Position numbers and translations under genes: made by a program
From: Thermoproteota archaeon
Lineage (GTDB): Archaea; Thermoproteota; Thermoprotei; Thermofilales; B9-G17
Assembly: GCA_029258885.1 (NCBI GenBank)
Contig: JAPDJW010000009.1
Span: 64,001 to 128,000, forward strand
Length of the DNA: 64,000 nt
Direction: 5' to 3'
Notes under the pieces: generated by a model
What the model saw: only the letters and a program-made list of their open reading frames with translations
The model's database searches: none
Told to the model about the DNA's origin: nothing
Part shown: positions 48,285-59,600 of the stretch, one piece after another
How the letters are laid out: the number at the start of each line of letters is the position of its first letter
Position numbering within the stretch: position 1 is the stretch's first letter

Positions 48285-48911
48285 ATGTGGAATATGCTTC
48301 ACCTAATAGTTGAAATAGTACTCATTACATCGTCTGGCGCTCTATCTCCAGGGCCTCTAACGTTTTCTGCAATAATATTAGGGATGAGGAGAGGCTGGAA
48401 GGCCGGATTTATGGAGGCTATTGGACATACATTATTTGAGTTCCCGCTCGTAATAGTGATAGCTCTAGGTTTATCCGAGGTCCTGAAAAACAGGGAAGCA
48501 TTAAGGATCGTTGGAGCAGTGGGTGGCTTCGCATTGATTGTTTTTGCACTGCTAATGGCTCTCGACTTAATGAACGTCCTAAAGGGAGAGGATAAGAAGA
48601 TAGTAGAGGTGAAGAGCGGGCCAGTTCTAACGGGGCTATTATTTACGGCGTTAAATCCATACTTCCTTGTTTGGTGGGCGTCTGCGGGATTAAAGCTTAT
48701 AGCAGATATAATGCTATACGGTGGATTAATTCTAGTCATAGCTTTATATCCAGTACACGTCTGGATGGATTACGCCTGGCTTTCAGCAGTAGCCTACTTA
48801 TCAAGCAGGGGCAGGAGCCTCGGAAGAAACATTCAGGCATTAATAATGCTCATATTCATAATTATCCTATTATATTATGGCGTGAAGTTTCTATTCAATT
48901 CTCTCATATAG
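48285..48911 (+). CDS. LysE-family translocator
   Basis: SGALSPGPL, GHTLFE, LNPYFLVWW. Confidence 0.88.
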   Translation: MWNMLHLIVEIVLITSSGALSPGPLTFSAIILGMRRGWKAGFMEAIGHTLFEFPLVIVIALGLSEVLKNREALRIVGAVGGFALIVFALLMALDLMNVLKGEDKKIVEVKSGPVLTGLLFTALNPYFLVWWASAGLKLIADIMLYGGLILVIALYPVHVWMDYAWLSAVAYLSSRGRSLGRNIQALIMLIFIIILLYYGVKFLFNSLI

Positions 48912-48999
48912 AGTCGGTTGTGGAAAGAATCCGATGTTCATGTACGTATCTGGTAAGCTTAAATAATGTTCGGCATGTAAAGTTAAAGGGTGAGTGGAA

Positions 49000-49983
49000 A
49001 TGTACATCATCGGCGTGGATATTGGTGCAACCTACACTAGGGTTGCGTTGGCAGATAATGAGGGTAAGATTCTGGATAAGGTTGTTAGGCATACTGTTAG
49101 GGAAGGCGAAGGTATACTCTTAACAAGGCAGATAATTGATATGATTAGAGAGGTGTCAAGCAGAAATCATGTCGATTTCAAGATGGTTAAGGGTATAGGT
49201 ATAGGAACTATTGGACCGCTGGATCTAAAGAAGGGAGTTATTACCAAGCCAGCTAACCTGCCTTTAGGGGAAGTTCCGCTGAGGAATCCTCTCAGGGAGG
49301 AGTTCAAGGTTGACGTCTACATACTGAATGATGCGGTTGCAGGAGCTGTTGCAGAAAAGTTCTTCGGTAAGGGCAGGGAGTACAAGAACGTAGTTTATGT
49401 AACCATAAGCACGGGGATAGGGTGCGGTGTATTTGTAGACGGAAACCTTCTTCTGGGGAAGGATGGAAACGCTCATGAGATGGGACATATAGTTGTGGAT
49501 TTAGAGGGCAGGCTTAAATGCGGCTGCGGACAGTACGGCCACTGGGAGGCCTATGCTTCTGGAAGCGGTATTCCGAAGTTCGCTAGGCTATTAATCAGCG
49601 AGATGCCGGAGGATATGGTTAGGAAGAGCCTACTTTATCGGATGGTTAAAGGCGACTTCAGTAAGTTGAATGCCAAGCATGTATACGATGCTGCAAGGGA
49701 GGGTGATAAAGTAGCCTTAAAGATAGTTGATGAAGTGGGGAGAATAAATGCTATAGGAATAGCTAACGTAATTACTGCCTATGATCCATCTATCATAACT
49801 ATCGGGGGATCGGTGGCTTTAAACAACGTTGACTTAGTCCTAAATCCGATAAGGAAGCACGTAGGAAAATACACAGTAAACAGGGTGCCCAGGATAGAGA
49901 TCACCGAGCTGGGGGGAGACATAGTACTGATTGGAGCCGTAGCAACCGTAGTAAATGAATTAAATACTATACCCGAAGACTAG
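49000..49983 (+). CDS. ROK-family sugar kinase (glucokinase-like)
   Basis: GVDIGAT, NDA, STGIGCG, EMGH, CGCGQYGHWEAYASG; ATG 49000 follows a GGTGA SD. Confidence 0.92.
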   Translation: MYIIGVDIGATYTRVALADNEGKILDKVVRHTVREGEGILLTRQIIDMIREVSSRNHVDFKMVKGIGIGTIGPLDLKKGVITKPANLPLGEVPLRNPLREEFKVDVYILNDAVAGAVAEKFFGKGREYKNVVYVTISTGIGCGVFVDGNLLLGKDGNAHEMGHIVVDLEGRLKCGCGQYGHWEAYASGSGIPKFARLLISEMPEDMVRKSLLYRMVKGDFSKLNAKHVYDAAREGDKVALKIVDEVGRINAIGIANVITAYDPSIITIGGSVALNNVDLVLNPIRKHVGKYTVNRVPRIEITELGGDIVLIGAVATVVNELNTIPED

Positions 49984-49997
49984 TAAATCTCCATATT

Positions 49998-51140
49998 TTA
50001 TATGACTCCTCTTAATAGCAGTATTATTACGAAAAGTTGAACTATTACAAGCATTGATCCTTCAATTAAGTCTAGCTTTCCGTCATCGACTATGCTTCTC
50101 TTAAGCGACCACATACAGAGGGCGGTTACTACTAGCTGAAAAAGGACATATTCATCGAGTGGTATGGGCATAACTGTGCCAATTAAACCTAGAACCAGGA
50201 GTACGATCTGGGATACGCTACCTATGAGATTACCTAAAGACACGTTTATCATTCCTCTGCCTGCAAGCATTATTGCTATGCCGTGCTCAGGAATTGCCGC
50301 TAAAGCCCCCATCAGTAATCCGCTTAAGATCACGGGGTTGCCGAGATGTTCAATTACGCTTTCACCTATAATGAGCTCTACACTCCTAACCAGTAGTTCG
50401 CTTCCCACGAATATGCCTATGATCCCTGCAATAAACATAGCTAGGTACCTAAGTTTTTCCTTCTCCCGATGTTCGTGGCTCTCCTCTCTACCGCCTTTGC
50501 CCATGAAAATAAGGTATACCATATATGATACGACAAGGAGAGCAGATGCTTCTCTCGGAATATAGAATAAGTCTATATTACTGGCCTTCTTAATCGAAAA
50601 CAAGACGTCGACGGTGCCTAAAGCAAATATCGAGAGCAATACGACGACGGTAAATCTAATTGCTTCAACCTCATGGTGAAGAGCCTCTCTAGGAACCTTT
50701 ATGAATCCCCTTATCCTCCTGCAACCGATTATAATGACTGCTCCTAGGAGCATTAGGTTAAAGCTTATGGATGAAAGCACTGTAAGTACTGCTACGTCGA
50801 TCATTTCAATGCTGCCTAGTGCATATCCTCTCCAGATAGTAAGGCTCAGCATAATGAGCTCGGGGAGATTTGATGCAAGACTAATTAGGACGCCTGCAAA
50901 GTAGTGGGAGAGCTTTAATGCTCGGGCTAAGCCGCTTATACCCTCGACGGTCCACTCGGAAGGTCTAAACACAAGCCATCCACCTATAGCTAAGCCTAAG
51001 ATTACTATCAGCGGAATACAGTTTATTATGTGAAAGTAAAGGTATGCTGCCGCAAACACTAAAATGGTTATGTATTCTAGAAAGCTTTTAATTCTTCCTC
51101 CTTGCATATGACTAAATGAATCAATGAAATATATAAGCAA
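49998..51140 (-). CDS. Sodium/calcium exchanger (CaCA) family protein
   Basis: Alpha repeats LASNLPEL and AAIPEH..A; NLIGS. Confidence 0.85.
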   Translation of the reverse strand: MLIYFIDSFSHMQGGRIKSFLEYITILVFAAAYLYFHIINCIPLIVILGLAIGGWLVFRPSEWTVEGISGLARALKLSHYFAGVLISLASNLPELIMLSLTIWRGYALGSIEMIDVAVLTVLSSISFNLMLLGAVIIIGCRRIRGFIKVPREALHHEVEAIRFTVVVLLSIFALGTVDVLFSIKKASNIDLFYIPREASALLVVSYMVYLIFMGKGGREESHEHREKEKLRYLAMFIAGIIGIFVGSELLVRSVELIIGESVIEHLGNPVILSGLLMGALAAIPEHGIAIMLAGRGMINVSLGNLIGSVSQIVLLVLGLIGTVMPIPLDEYVLFQLVVTALCMWSLKRSIVDDGKLDLIEGSMLVIVQLFVIILLLRGVI

Positions 51141-51264
51141 TGCTATTTCCTAGATTCACTGTAATTCAGCATAGGCTTGTCCTCTCTATTAACAAAGAAT
51201 TTTCGAGTCACAACTATAATATTGTAAACTCGAATTTAAACCACCGAAACTCCTTTATAAGCTC

Positions 51265-52197
51265 TCATTTCCCGCTTAAGGAATACTCCTCCCAGTAAAA
51301 CGCTAGATAATACATTATTAAGCCAGCTACATCTCTATATTTAGATACGAAGTCTCTAACTTCCCCCTCCTCTACCCTCTTACCCAAAGCTCTAGATAAT
51401 CCCTTAACAACAGCTAGATCCCCTGCAGGCCCCACGGATAAATCTCCAGTAGCCATCACATAGGCCAGTTCAGCAGTCCACACGCCAACGCCCCTAATGT
51501 TATCGAGAACCTCAATTGCCTCTTCCGGCTTCAAATACTTAATTCCCTCAAGGTTAAAGCCTGAACAAACCATTTTGGCCAGTGAAATTACGTATTCGCA
51601 CTTCCTTCTGCTCAGCCCGCACTTTCTCAATTCATTAACGCTTACTTCAGCCAGCTTTTCAGGAGTAGGAAAATCATAGAACATTCTCCCGCCATATATC
51701 TCCCTATAGCCGTATTTCTCAACTAAGTTAGCGGTCATGGTTAACGCTAGCCGCAGGTTTATCTGCTGGTTAATAATCGACTTAACCAGAGCTTCAAAAA
51801 GCGTAGGAGATTTAGGAGGCCTTAAACCAAGATACTTGTTCACCAGCATATCCAAAAAATCATCGTTAAACCTTATGTTGCTCAAATCCAGATCAATGTT
51901 AAAAATGTGTCTGACTACTTCAACTGTTTTCTCTTTATTTTCCCATACTTTTACTTTGAGCATGGGCTCCATACCTTCACTGACTATTTCAACCTCAATA
52001 GGCACTACTTCTCCTCCAACCCTAACGAGACGCCTATAAGTATTTTTCTCGTAAAAGTATGGAACAGGCCTACCCTTAAGGGAAAAACGCCTAAAATGCA
52101 GACTTATGGAATACGGAGGCTTAGGTCTTATAATTACTTCAACTGGATCTACATTGCTAGCCATAAATCTAAAGTTATCGTAACCGTATATTAGCAT
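51265..52197 (-). CDS. alkA: DNA-3-methyladenine glycosylase (AlkA, HhH-GPD)
   Basis: FEALVKSIINQQI, FPTPEKLA, GLSRRK, IRGVGVWTAE, PAGDL. Confidence 0.9.
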   Translation of the reverse strand: MLIYGYDNFRFMASNVDPVEVIIRPKPPYSISLHFRRFSLKGRPVPYFYEKNTYRRLVRVGGEVVPIEVEIVSEGMEPMLKVKVWENKEKTVEVVRHIFNIDLDLSNIRFNDDFLDMLVNKYLGLRPPKSPTLFEALVKSIINQQINLRLALTMTANLVEKYGYREIYGGRMFYDFPTPEKLAEVSVNELRKCGLSRRKCEYVISLAKMVCSGFNLEGIKYLKPEEAIEVLDNIRGVGVWTAELAYVMATGDLSVGPAGDLAVVKGLSRALGKRVEEGEVRDFVSKYRDVAGLIMYYLAFYWEEYSLSGK

Positions 52198-52206
52198 ACC
52201 TTCGAC

Positions 52207-52222
52207 TTAACGGTACCGTTAA
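52207..52222. promoter_or_regulatory. 16-bp perfect palindrome upstream of alkA, candidate operator
   Basis: TTAACGGTACCGTTAA. Confidence 0.4.
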
Positions 52223-52256
52223 CTGAAATAGGTTTTAACCCTTGTTCAGGCGGAAT

Positions 52257-53480
52257 TTAGCTAATTGTTATAAGCATGAGGTAGAGGGATAGGGAAGCTA
52301 TAATATCGGCAAGAGTGCTTTCAATGGGATTAACGAAGTTATCGGGGTTTAACCCTTTCTCATAAGCGACTATAGCTATCAAGTGAGCTAACATTATAAT
52401 CGCTGAAATGGATAGGATATTTGTAGCTAAGAGGACGGTAACCATAGAATATATCTTATCCAGGCTTAGGGTTAATGCCCCTGAGGTAAGGGCGTAAAGC
52501 ATAAACATGAGAATTGATGACAGCCACGACCCTACTATCTCAGGCATATTATCTCTTAAGGCTTTAAGCGATGGATCTATGGTACCTAGTGCCAGCTTTG
52601 TAGTGGTTTTTGAGCCTACTATGGAGCCAACGTCCCCCACAGTATCTATGATAGCAGGATATATAATGTATACCTCAGCTCTCCTTCCAATGTATTCGGA
52701 TATCTTGATGAGTATGTATCCAGTTAAGTTAACTATAGCTGAAACTAAAGTTAATGTTATAATGGATTCCTTTATGGTCTCAATATATTCATCTTCATCG
52801 TAGTAGTTGTAGAATAGATATAATGTTATAGCTATAAGCGTAACTCCTAAAGATAGTAGCACGTTGAAAAACGCGTTTTCTCGGAGTATGTAGAGTACAG
52901 CTACGTAACATAGTGAGGCGATGATATCCGCAACTGTAGACATGACCGGATATACTATATAGTCTGGGTCTAAGCCTAGTTTCATCGAGAGAATTGAGGC
53001 AGAAACCGTTAGAAGCGAAACGATAGCGAATGATAAGCACATCGTAATAACGGATGTCGTAAGAACCTTCAAGGCTATTTCAAAAACTCTACATTCTACA
53101 TTCGATACAACAACTATGGAGGACATTATAAGGCTACTCACGATGGTCAAGGTATAGATGGAATACATGAGGATTTTAAATTCATAGGTATTTCTCCTTA
53201 GGCTTGCTTTAATTATTCCAAGGTGAAGCCCCGTGGTGAGCCGGCCAGCGAATATTCCGTTAATTACTCCCCTAACCGATAGTATTCCAGGATATAGGGA
53301 GATAGTCCACTTGTACATTGAGATTAAGCTGAAGTACCTGGCGATAATAAGCCCAGCGATAAGGCCGCCTAAATCAGCTAGAAGAGAAATCATCGAAAGC
53401 CTAAATGAGTAAACATAGTCCTCAGCCTCCTCCCACAAGTCGCTTAACGTCGATGAAAGCCTTATCATCGCTGAAAGCAC
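52257..53480 (-). CDS. MgtE integral-membrane-domain cation transporter (duplicated domain)
   Basis: GVINGIFAGRLTTGLHLG, GLDPD..VYPVMSTVAD, GDVGSIVGSKTTTKL, GLNPDNFVNP..STLAD. Confidence 0.87.
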   Translation of the reverse strand: MLSAMIRLSSTLSDLWEEAEDYVYSFRLSMISLLADLGGLIAGLIIARYFSLISMYKWTISLYPGILSVRGVINGIFAGRLTTGLHLGIIKASLRRNTYEFKILMYSIYTLTIVSSLIMSSIVVVSNVECRVFEIALKVLTTSVITMCLSFAIVSLLTVSASILSMKLGLDPDYIVYPVMSTVADIIASLCYVAVLYILRENAFFNVLLSLGVTLIAITLYLFYNYYDEDEYIETIKESIITLTLVSAIVNLTGYILIKISEYIGRRAEVYIIYPAIIDTVGDVGSIVGSKTTTKLALGTIDPSLKALRDNMPEIVGSWLSSILMFMLYALTSGALTLSLDKIYSMVTVLLATNILSISAIIMLAHLIAIVAYEKGLNPDNFVNPIESTLADIIASLSLYLMLITIS

Positions 53481-53544
53481 CCTAACGGCAAACGTTTATA
53501 AAGCCTTTATATAAACTGGAACTTAAATAATTTTATCTAGATAC

Positions 53545-54351
53545 TTAAGTTCTTACTATTTCAATTATAGTTACCTCGGGTCTACAGAGAAACCTCACAG
53601 GTATAAGTGTAGTACCCAAACCTCTATTAACGTACATTACCGTTCCGTTCACATGAAACATGCCGGACGCATACTTCCTATACTTCGACGGCAAAGGCAC
53701 ATATAGTGGACCTATAAGAGGCAAAACTACCTGACCTCCATGGGTATGCCCTGAGAGTATTAGATCAACCTTACCCGCGGCTTCACCTATAATCTCAGGC
53801 GAATGCGCAAGCAAAACAATAAACCTATCCCCACAGTTTTCCGGTAACGCCTTCGGGAGGTCATGGAAGTGAGTATGTGGATCGTCGACACCAGCTATAA
53901 TTATTCCATTACCTAAATCGACGTATTCATTCATTAATACTGTAACATTATCTATCCCCTCAAGCAGTATCTTAAAATTCGTCATGCTTATTCCAGACCA
54001 ATGGTCCCAATTACCAAAAACCACATATACGGGGGCTATTCTGGCGAGCCGCTCAATGTATTCTAGGGCATACCTTAAATTATTCTTATCGCTGATGAGA
54101 TCACCAGTAACAACTATAATATCAGGCTTATTTTTCTCTATAATCGAGATGCTGTTTTCCTCGCGGCTACCGATACCTTGAATGTGGAGATCGGAAACTT
54201 GAGCTATCACGAAGCTATCTACAGCTAAATTCTTGTTAGTCTCAACTTTAATATGAACTTCCTCAACAAGGTTAACTTCAATGAAGAAGGGATATATAGC
54301 AAAGAAAAGTATCACGGCTACGAGAGCTATCCTAGGTATACGGCCAAGCAT
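53545..54351 (-). CDS. Metallophosphoesterase (YkuE-like)
   Basis: SDLH, TGDL, GNWD, LAHSP, GHTHGGQ, NRGLG. Confidence 0.92.
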   Translation of the reverse strand: MLGRIPRIALVAVILFFAIYPFFIEVNLVEEVHIKVETNKNLAVDSFVIAQVSDLHIQGIGSREENSISIIEKNKPDIIVVTGDLISDKNNLRYALEYIERLARIAPVYVVFGNWDHWSGISMTNFKILLEGIDNVTVLMNEYVDLGNGIIIAGVDDPHTHFHDLPKALPENCGDRFIVLLAHSPEIIGEAAGKVDLILSGHTHGGQVVLPLIGPLYVPLPSKYRKYASGMFHVNGTVMYVNRGLGTTLIPVRFLCRPEVTIIEIVRT

Positions 54352-54527
54352 TTCATCACCATACCTAATTTATTTCAATTACTACTGCGCTGTCTAACAT
54401 TATTTAAGCCAACTATATATTGCTTAATACAGTATAAAAATATAATATGTATTAAAAGAGATATGTAGCAAAATAAGTTTAAACTTAAAGGTCTAGATAG
54501 GAAAATAGGGCAGAAGCTCCTATAGGT

Positions 54528-56507
54528 TCAGGATGAAGACGGAGGAGGTGGAGGAGGCGGGGGTTGCTTTTTCTTTCTAGCTTTAAGGGCTTTTTCAAAC
54601 GTTTTCTGGAAGTCTCCATATATTTTCCTGAATCCTATCGTAAGAACAAGCGACATCACTCCACTTAAGGAGGTATTCTGTAGAGTGCCTAATAGCGGCT
54701 TCAATAGCGTCGAGTTTATAATCCACTGGTATACTAGAAAGATTACTGCTACAATGGTTGTTGAAAGGAATGAGCTTGCACCGGAACCATATATTTTCAC
54801 CGCAATGTAGCCGATGACGTAGCCTATGAACAGCCCTAGGAGACTGATGTAAAGCGACTGCTTAAATGTCATCGATACAACAGAGCTAACTATCGCTGGA
54901 ACCACAAACAGCATTACTAAAGTATATGGCAGCTCCCTCACGAAAATAAGGTCCTTAAACTCAGCCAACTTTTCTTCATCTGTTAGTCCATATTCAACAG
55001 CGCGTTTAAGCATGAATATCGCTGATAAGACTGAAAACACAAGGAATCCATTGATATGTATTAGTTTAAACCAGTCCTCCGGAAACGTATGTCCACCCCA
55101 AAGATACTCGTAAGTTATTAACGTTACTCCCGGTAGTGCTTGAGCTGCCAATACTACAGCCATTATCTTATAGATGTAGTTTCCATACAGCTTATTATAG
55201 AATATGTCCTCATAGCCTTCAGGGGGAAGGCCCAGCTCAATAACTTCTGAGTATATAAACTCCTCTTCGAAGCGTTTCCTAAATAGAAGCCACAGTAGGG
55301 GCACGCCAATCCAATCCTGCGATAGAACCGTAGCATATACCATAACAGCTACTGTCATAGATATAGTGGGATTAAGCCCAGTTATTGATAGGTTATTGTA
55401 GAGGAAATATGCTATGTAGAGGGATATTAAGCCGTAGGCGAGCCCTAGCATAATCATAAGCCTACACATGTTCGTACGTAAATTGTCCTCTAGCTCATTC
55501 CAGTATAATGCGAAAAACAGTAAGCAGACAGAGAACAGTATAGCTGGCGCTATATATGTCGGGTTGTACGTTCTGTAATACAAAGGATTAATGAGAGCTA
55601 AAGCCGTATTAACTGCGAGAAACGCTAACACTAACCATCTCGGAACACTTTTTACGATTCTATTCGAAAATGCTACAAGAGCTGAGGATAGCAGAATTAT
55701 AGCCACAGCTATGCCTATATATGTATATGTTAAGTTTAGAACGAGGCTATAATCTGCAGTTCTCATATTCAGTCCAGAACACCAGCAGAACACGTTCAAT
55801 AGGAACTGGGCATTATCCTCCGAGTAAATATAGAAGTCGGAGAACATCGTTTCCGAGCCGAAGACTATAACTCTACCCTTACCATATACAGCTCCAGCAA
55901 TAGGCGTAAAGTTGCCGTATACGATTTCATCTTTCTCGAAATCATATGCCGCAGTCTCATCATTAGGTAAAACTATGGGGTATGAAGGGCTATTAGCAAC
56001 TAAAGCTATAGCATATGGGACAACGACCCTGCTAACATTAAAGCTGAACTCTTCCCTTATTCTGCTATATACAGGTATATTAATATCATCCCAAAACTTG
56101 AATACATTCACTGGATCGATGAGGCCATACGGCGTAACGGTAATATTTAGCGTATTTGTTAGCATAGATGGGTTAAACAGGTTATGGATTACAACCATAC
56201 CGCCACCGTTCTCCAGATACTTCAGGAAATTGTCATATGTCTCCTCAGATATAATGTCGGAGATGAAATAGTCGTAGGTTAAAACCATCCTGTACTCCCT
56301 AAGGCGGCTATAGGATATGTACCAGTCCCTATAGAATTCTATAGAGAAGCCATTGTCTTCTAGAAATCTAAATATTCTCTCATCTCCAGCAAACATCTCA
56401 CCTGGATCAAATACTAGAATAGTAACCTTAGGAGAAGCACTTACTCTAAATATCGATACAAGCAACAGAATAAGTGTCAATATTAATGCTTTTCTCATTC
56501 TATTCAC
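54528..56507 (-). CDS. Membrane protein: extracellular DUF4350/GATase-like domain, about 10 TMs, poly-Pro tail
   Basis: Signal peptide; YLENGGGMVVI and YGKGRVIVFGS..FSD....DNAQFLLNVFCW; hydrophobic C-terminal half; P8 near the end. Confidence 0.6.
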   Translation of the reverse strand: MNRMRKALILTLILLLVSIFRVSASPKVTILVFDPGEMFAGDERIFRFLEDNGFSIEFYRDWYISYSRLREYRMVLTYDYFISDIISEETYDNFLKYLENGGGMVVIHNLFNPSMLTNTLNITVTPYGLIDPVNVFKFWDDINIPVYSRIREEFSFNVSRVVVPYAIALVANSPSYPIVLPNDETAAYDFEKDEIVYGNFTPIAGAVYGKGRVIVFGSETMFSDFYIYSEDNAQFLLNVFCWCSGLNMRTADYSLVLNLTYTYIGIAVAIILLSSALVAFSNRIVKSVPRWLVLAFLAVNTALALINPLYYRTYNPTYIAPAILFSVCLLFFALYWNELEDNLRTNMCRLMIMLGLAYGLISLYIAYFLYNNLSITGLNPTISMTVAVMVYATVLSQDWIGVPLLWLLFRKRFEEEFIYSEVIELGLPPEGYEDIFYNKLYGNYIYKIMAVVLAAQALPGVTLITYEYLWGGHTFPEDWFKLIHINGFLVFSVLSAIFMLKRAVEYGLTDEEKLAEFKDLIFVRELPYTLVMLFVVPAIVSSVVSMTFKQSLYISLLGLFIGYVIGYIAVKIYGSGASSFLSTTIVAVIFLVYQWIINSTLLKPLLGTLQNTSLSGVMSLVLTIGFRKIYGDFQKTFEKALKARKKKQPPPPPPPPSSS

Positions 56508-56687
56508 CCTGCCTTATTGTAGTATTATAATCGCTAGGATTATATTAAATTTAAGGAAAAATGGGTTAAAAGATCTAGTGAACGTCATCATGTAATAATT
56601 GATTCAAAACACTATGAGAAATTGACATTTAAAAAAATAGCCTTATATATTATCCGAGGCCTATGAAAATAAATACCTAGATTGTAT

Positions 56688-59600
56688 TTACCACGGAGGT
56701 GGAGGAGGCGGAGGCGGGCGAACTTCCGCCTTCTTCCTACTTCTTCCTAGTGTTACTACAATGATGAAGCCAATAGCTACTATAGCGATAACTACTATGG
56801 CTATATTTAATATGTTTAACTCTACTCTCCAGTTTGCCACTAAGTGTTTAGGCGAATCCATTGTTATATAGAGCTCACGCTGACTCGAAGTTACATCGCC
56901 GCTCCATCCGGTAAATACCGCCACCTGGAATAGATTTATGTTAACTTTATCCTCTATCGAGACATGTGCAGTACTGCCTGCATCGTACCATCCGGCTCCG
57001 GACGGGCTACCGTATTGCGACTCTATGGTCAGCTTATACTGCCTAGCATAGTTTGCAACTAATGTCATTGGGCGATCCAGGAATACCGTTATAGTCGTAT
57101 CCTGCACGCCCGTACTCCATCCCCTGAAAACTATTCTCTCATAGGGAGAAACCTGTATAGAATCAGCAACTGTAATCGTGTATTCACCATATCCAGTTAT
57201 TTCCGCAATACCCTGTGCATCGGTCTTATACGTGACACCGTTTACGACAACATTCATATCGGGTATACCCGTCTCTATCCTGAGAACAGCTCCAACAGCT
57301 TCAATAATAGCTGAAGCTTCACCAAAGTATGTTTGAGCTACAACCTCAAACCTGCCCGATTCATTAAATATAATGCTAAAAACGGCTCTTCCATGTTCAT
57401 CAGTGTAGCCATAGTCAATGATGGAACCATTAACCAATAATCCAACGGCAACTCCACTGAGTCTTTCTCCACCGGTAGTTTCAACAGTTACTTCAATGTA
57501 TACTTCTTCTCCAATTGAAGCTTCCTCGGGAGCATCAATACTTACGGAGGCAGCGACCTCCCTTACTATAGGCTCGATCCTCCAAGAGGACGACCACCAG
57601 GCTCCAGCGAAGAGGTATTTTCCATCAGGAGTTAAAGCTATATGTCTAATCAGCCTGGTAGAGAGGCCTTTATTAAACCTATAGATTCTCACGGTGTTGT
57701 CTGACGACCTAACGTCCTCGAGGAAGGCATAATACATGCCTTCGCCCTCAACGGATGAAATATACACTATTCCTCTGTTCCAGTCAACTCTGAGTGCCGT
57801 ATACTGTTCCGCAGAGCTACAGAGGAAGGGCTGAAGAACCAATGTCTTAAAGCTGAGTGTAGTGCTTGAAATATCCGGACAATAAATTATCTTACCCGTA
57901 GACTCCAGCGCCAGCATTTCACCGCTACCGCTGATAACTATTGATACTATTCCTCCCTCAGTTCTACCGCTGCTCGGATAGACCTGCCTCCAAATAGTAT
58001 TCTCCTTACTGGTTAGCAAGTTTTCAGCTATAAAGAGCCTGCTAGGACCATCCCAGAAGTAATGGTCGTTTCCCTCGGTCTTAAAGGTAGGTTCCCCCTC
58101 ATAAGTCGCTAAAACCCATACATCTCTACCGCCAGCACGATATACCGCTATCCTGCACACCCCTCCATCCTGAGGTAAACCTTTATTGGATATGAACCCA
58201 CTGCGGCTGGCTAGGTCATATACTTCAACGCCATCCTCCTGAAGAGCTAAAACTACGTAGTGATCCACGAGAATCCCATACACTGCTGGATTGCTCGTTA
58301 GGTTAACAGCTCCCTTTACAAGTAATTTACCTGTTTTCCTTGCCTCACATATATATTCGATGGATACCGCTATCAAGCCGTACCTCTTTGGAGCCTTACC
58401 CGATACTCCAGGAACGGGACCTGGATATCCAGTTATTATCAAAAGATCCAGTGGATAATCCTTTCCATCAACAGTAACCTTATAGCCATACTCCTGTGGC
58501 AGAGGCAGTGCACACCAGGGGAACCCAGCCCTAATAGCTGTTGGAGGCAGGTCAAAACAGTCAAGCCAAGTATTTCCATAGTCATAGGATATCTCGATGC
58601 CTGCCTGGCACACAACCATGAAAGTATGTGAAAACGGTTCTCTATTGAGGAACCATATCTGATTCATGCACTCCCCGTAGAGTCCCGAGTAAGATGGATT
58701 CCAAGTTCTTCCTCCATCCACCGTCTTAAGCAGACACCTGAAGGAGTAGGAGCAGGTATATGCTATCTTGGCTCCAACGACACCATCTATAGTAATTGTA
58801 TAGTCGTCCGGATTGTCTCCCTCTCCATGCTTATCTATTGCTATAAATGCACCCCATCCATTAGTTATAAACGAATGGAGAAATTCCTCTTTCACGGGAT
58901 CCCATGCAAACACTCCAAATACGCACTCCTGAGGCTCGGGATAGGGATAGGCTCTCACCAGCTTTCCTGGAGTACCCCACCATACCCTATTCGGATTATA
59001 TGGATCAACTTCAACTTCACTTATAACAGGAATTATTGGCAGGGATATAGGCTTTAAGGCACCCTCTGTTGGATCTATCCTCCTCCACTTCCAGCTATTG
59101 TGCTTATATTCTCCCCTATAAATCCAGTCATTATACGTCCCCAAGTATACGATATCATAGTCCACAGCCACATCTACGTCGGTTGTAGCCTTATCCATAA
59201 GCTTAATCCACTTCCACTCGCCTGTGAGATTAGTAGCCATGTATAACCCGCTGGGATACTTAGATACGAAGAGCGTAGGACCTAAACCAGCAAAGTCGGG
59301 GTCGTATGCAAGCCTATAGACGATCATCTTAACATTCTTCGGGACGACATCTGGGGGCAAAGCATGTCTTATGGCAGTCCATTCGCCACTACTTTCGTTG
59401 TATATCAGCTCATATATCCAGTTAATCTGTTTAGCCTGAGGATTAAGGCTCTTAATTCCAACATACAAGTGTTTACTGCTCAAAGCAACTATAGATGCAA
59501 TTTCACAGAACTCCTTCTTCTCCAAATCCTCGTCTCCAGTATTAATTCTCCTCCACGAGAATCCATCGTCAAAGCTAATATACATTCCTCCCTTGCCAGC

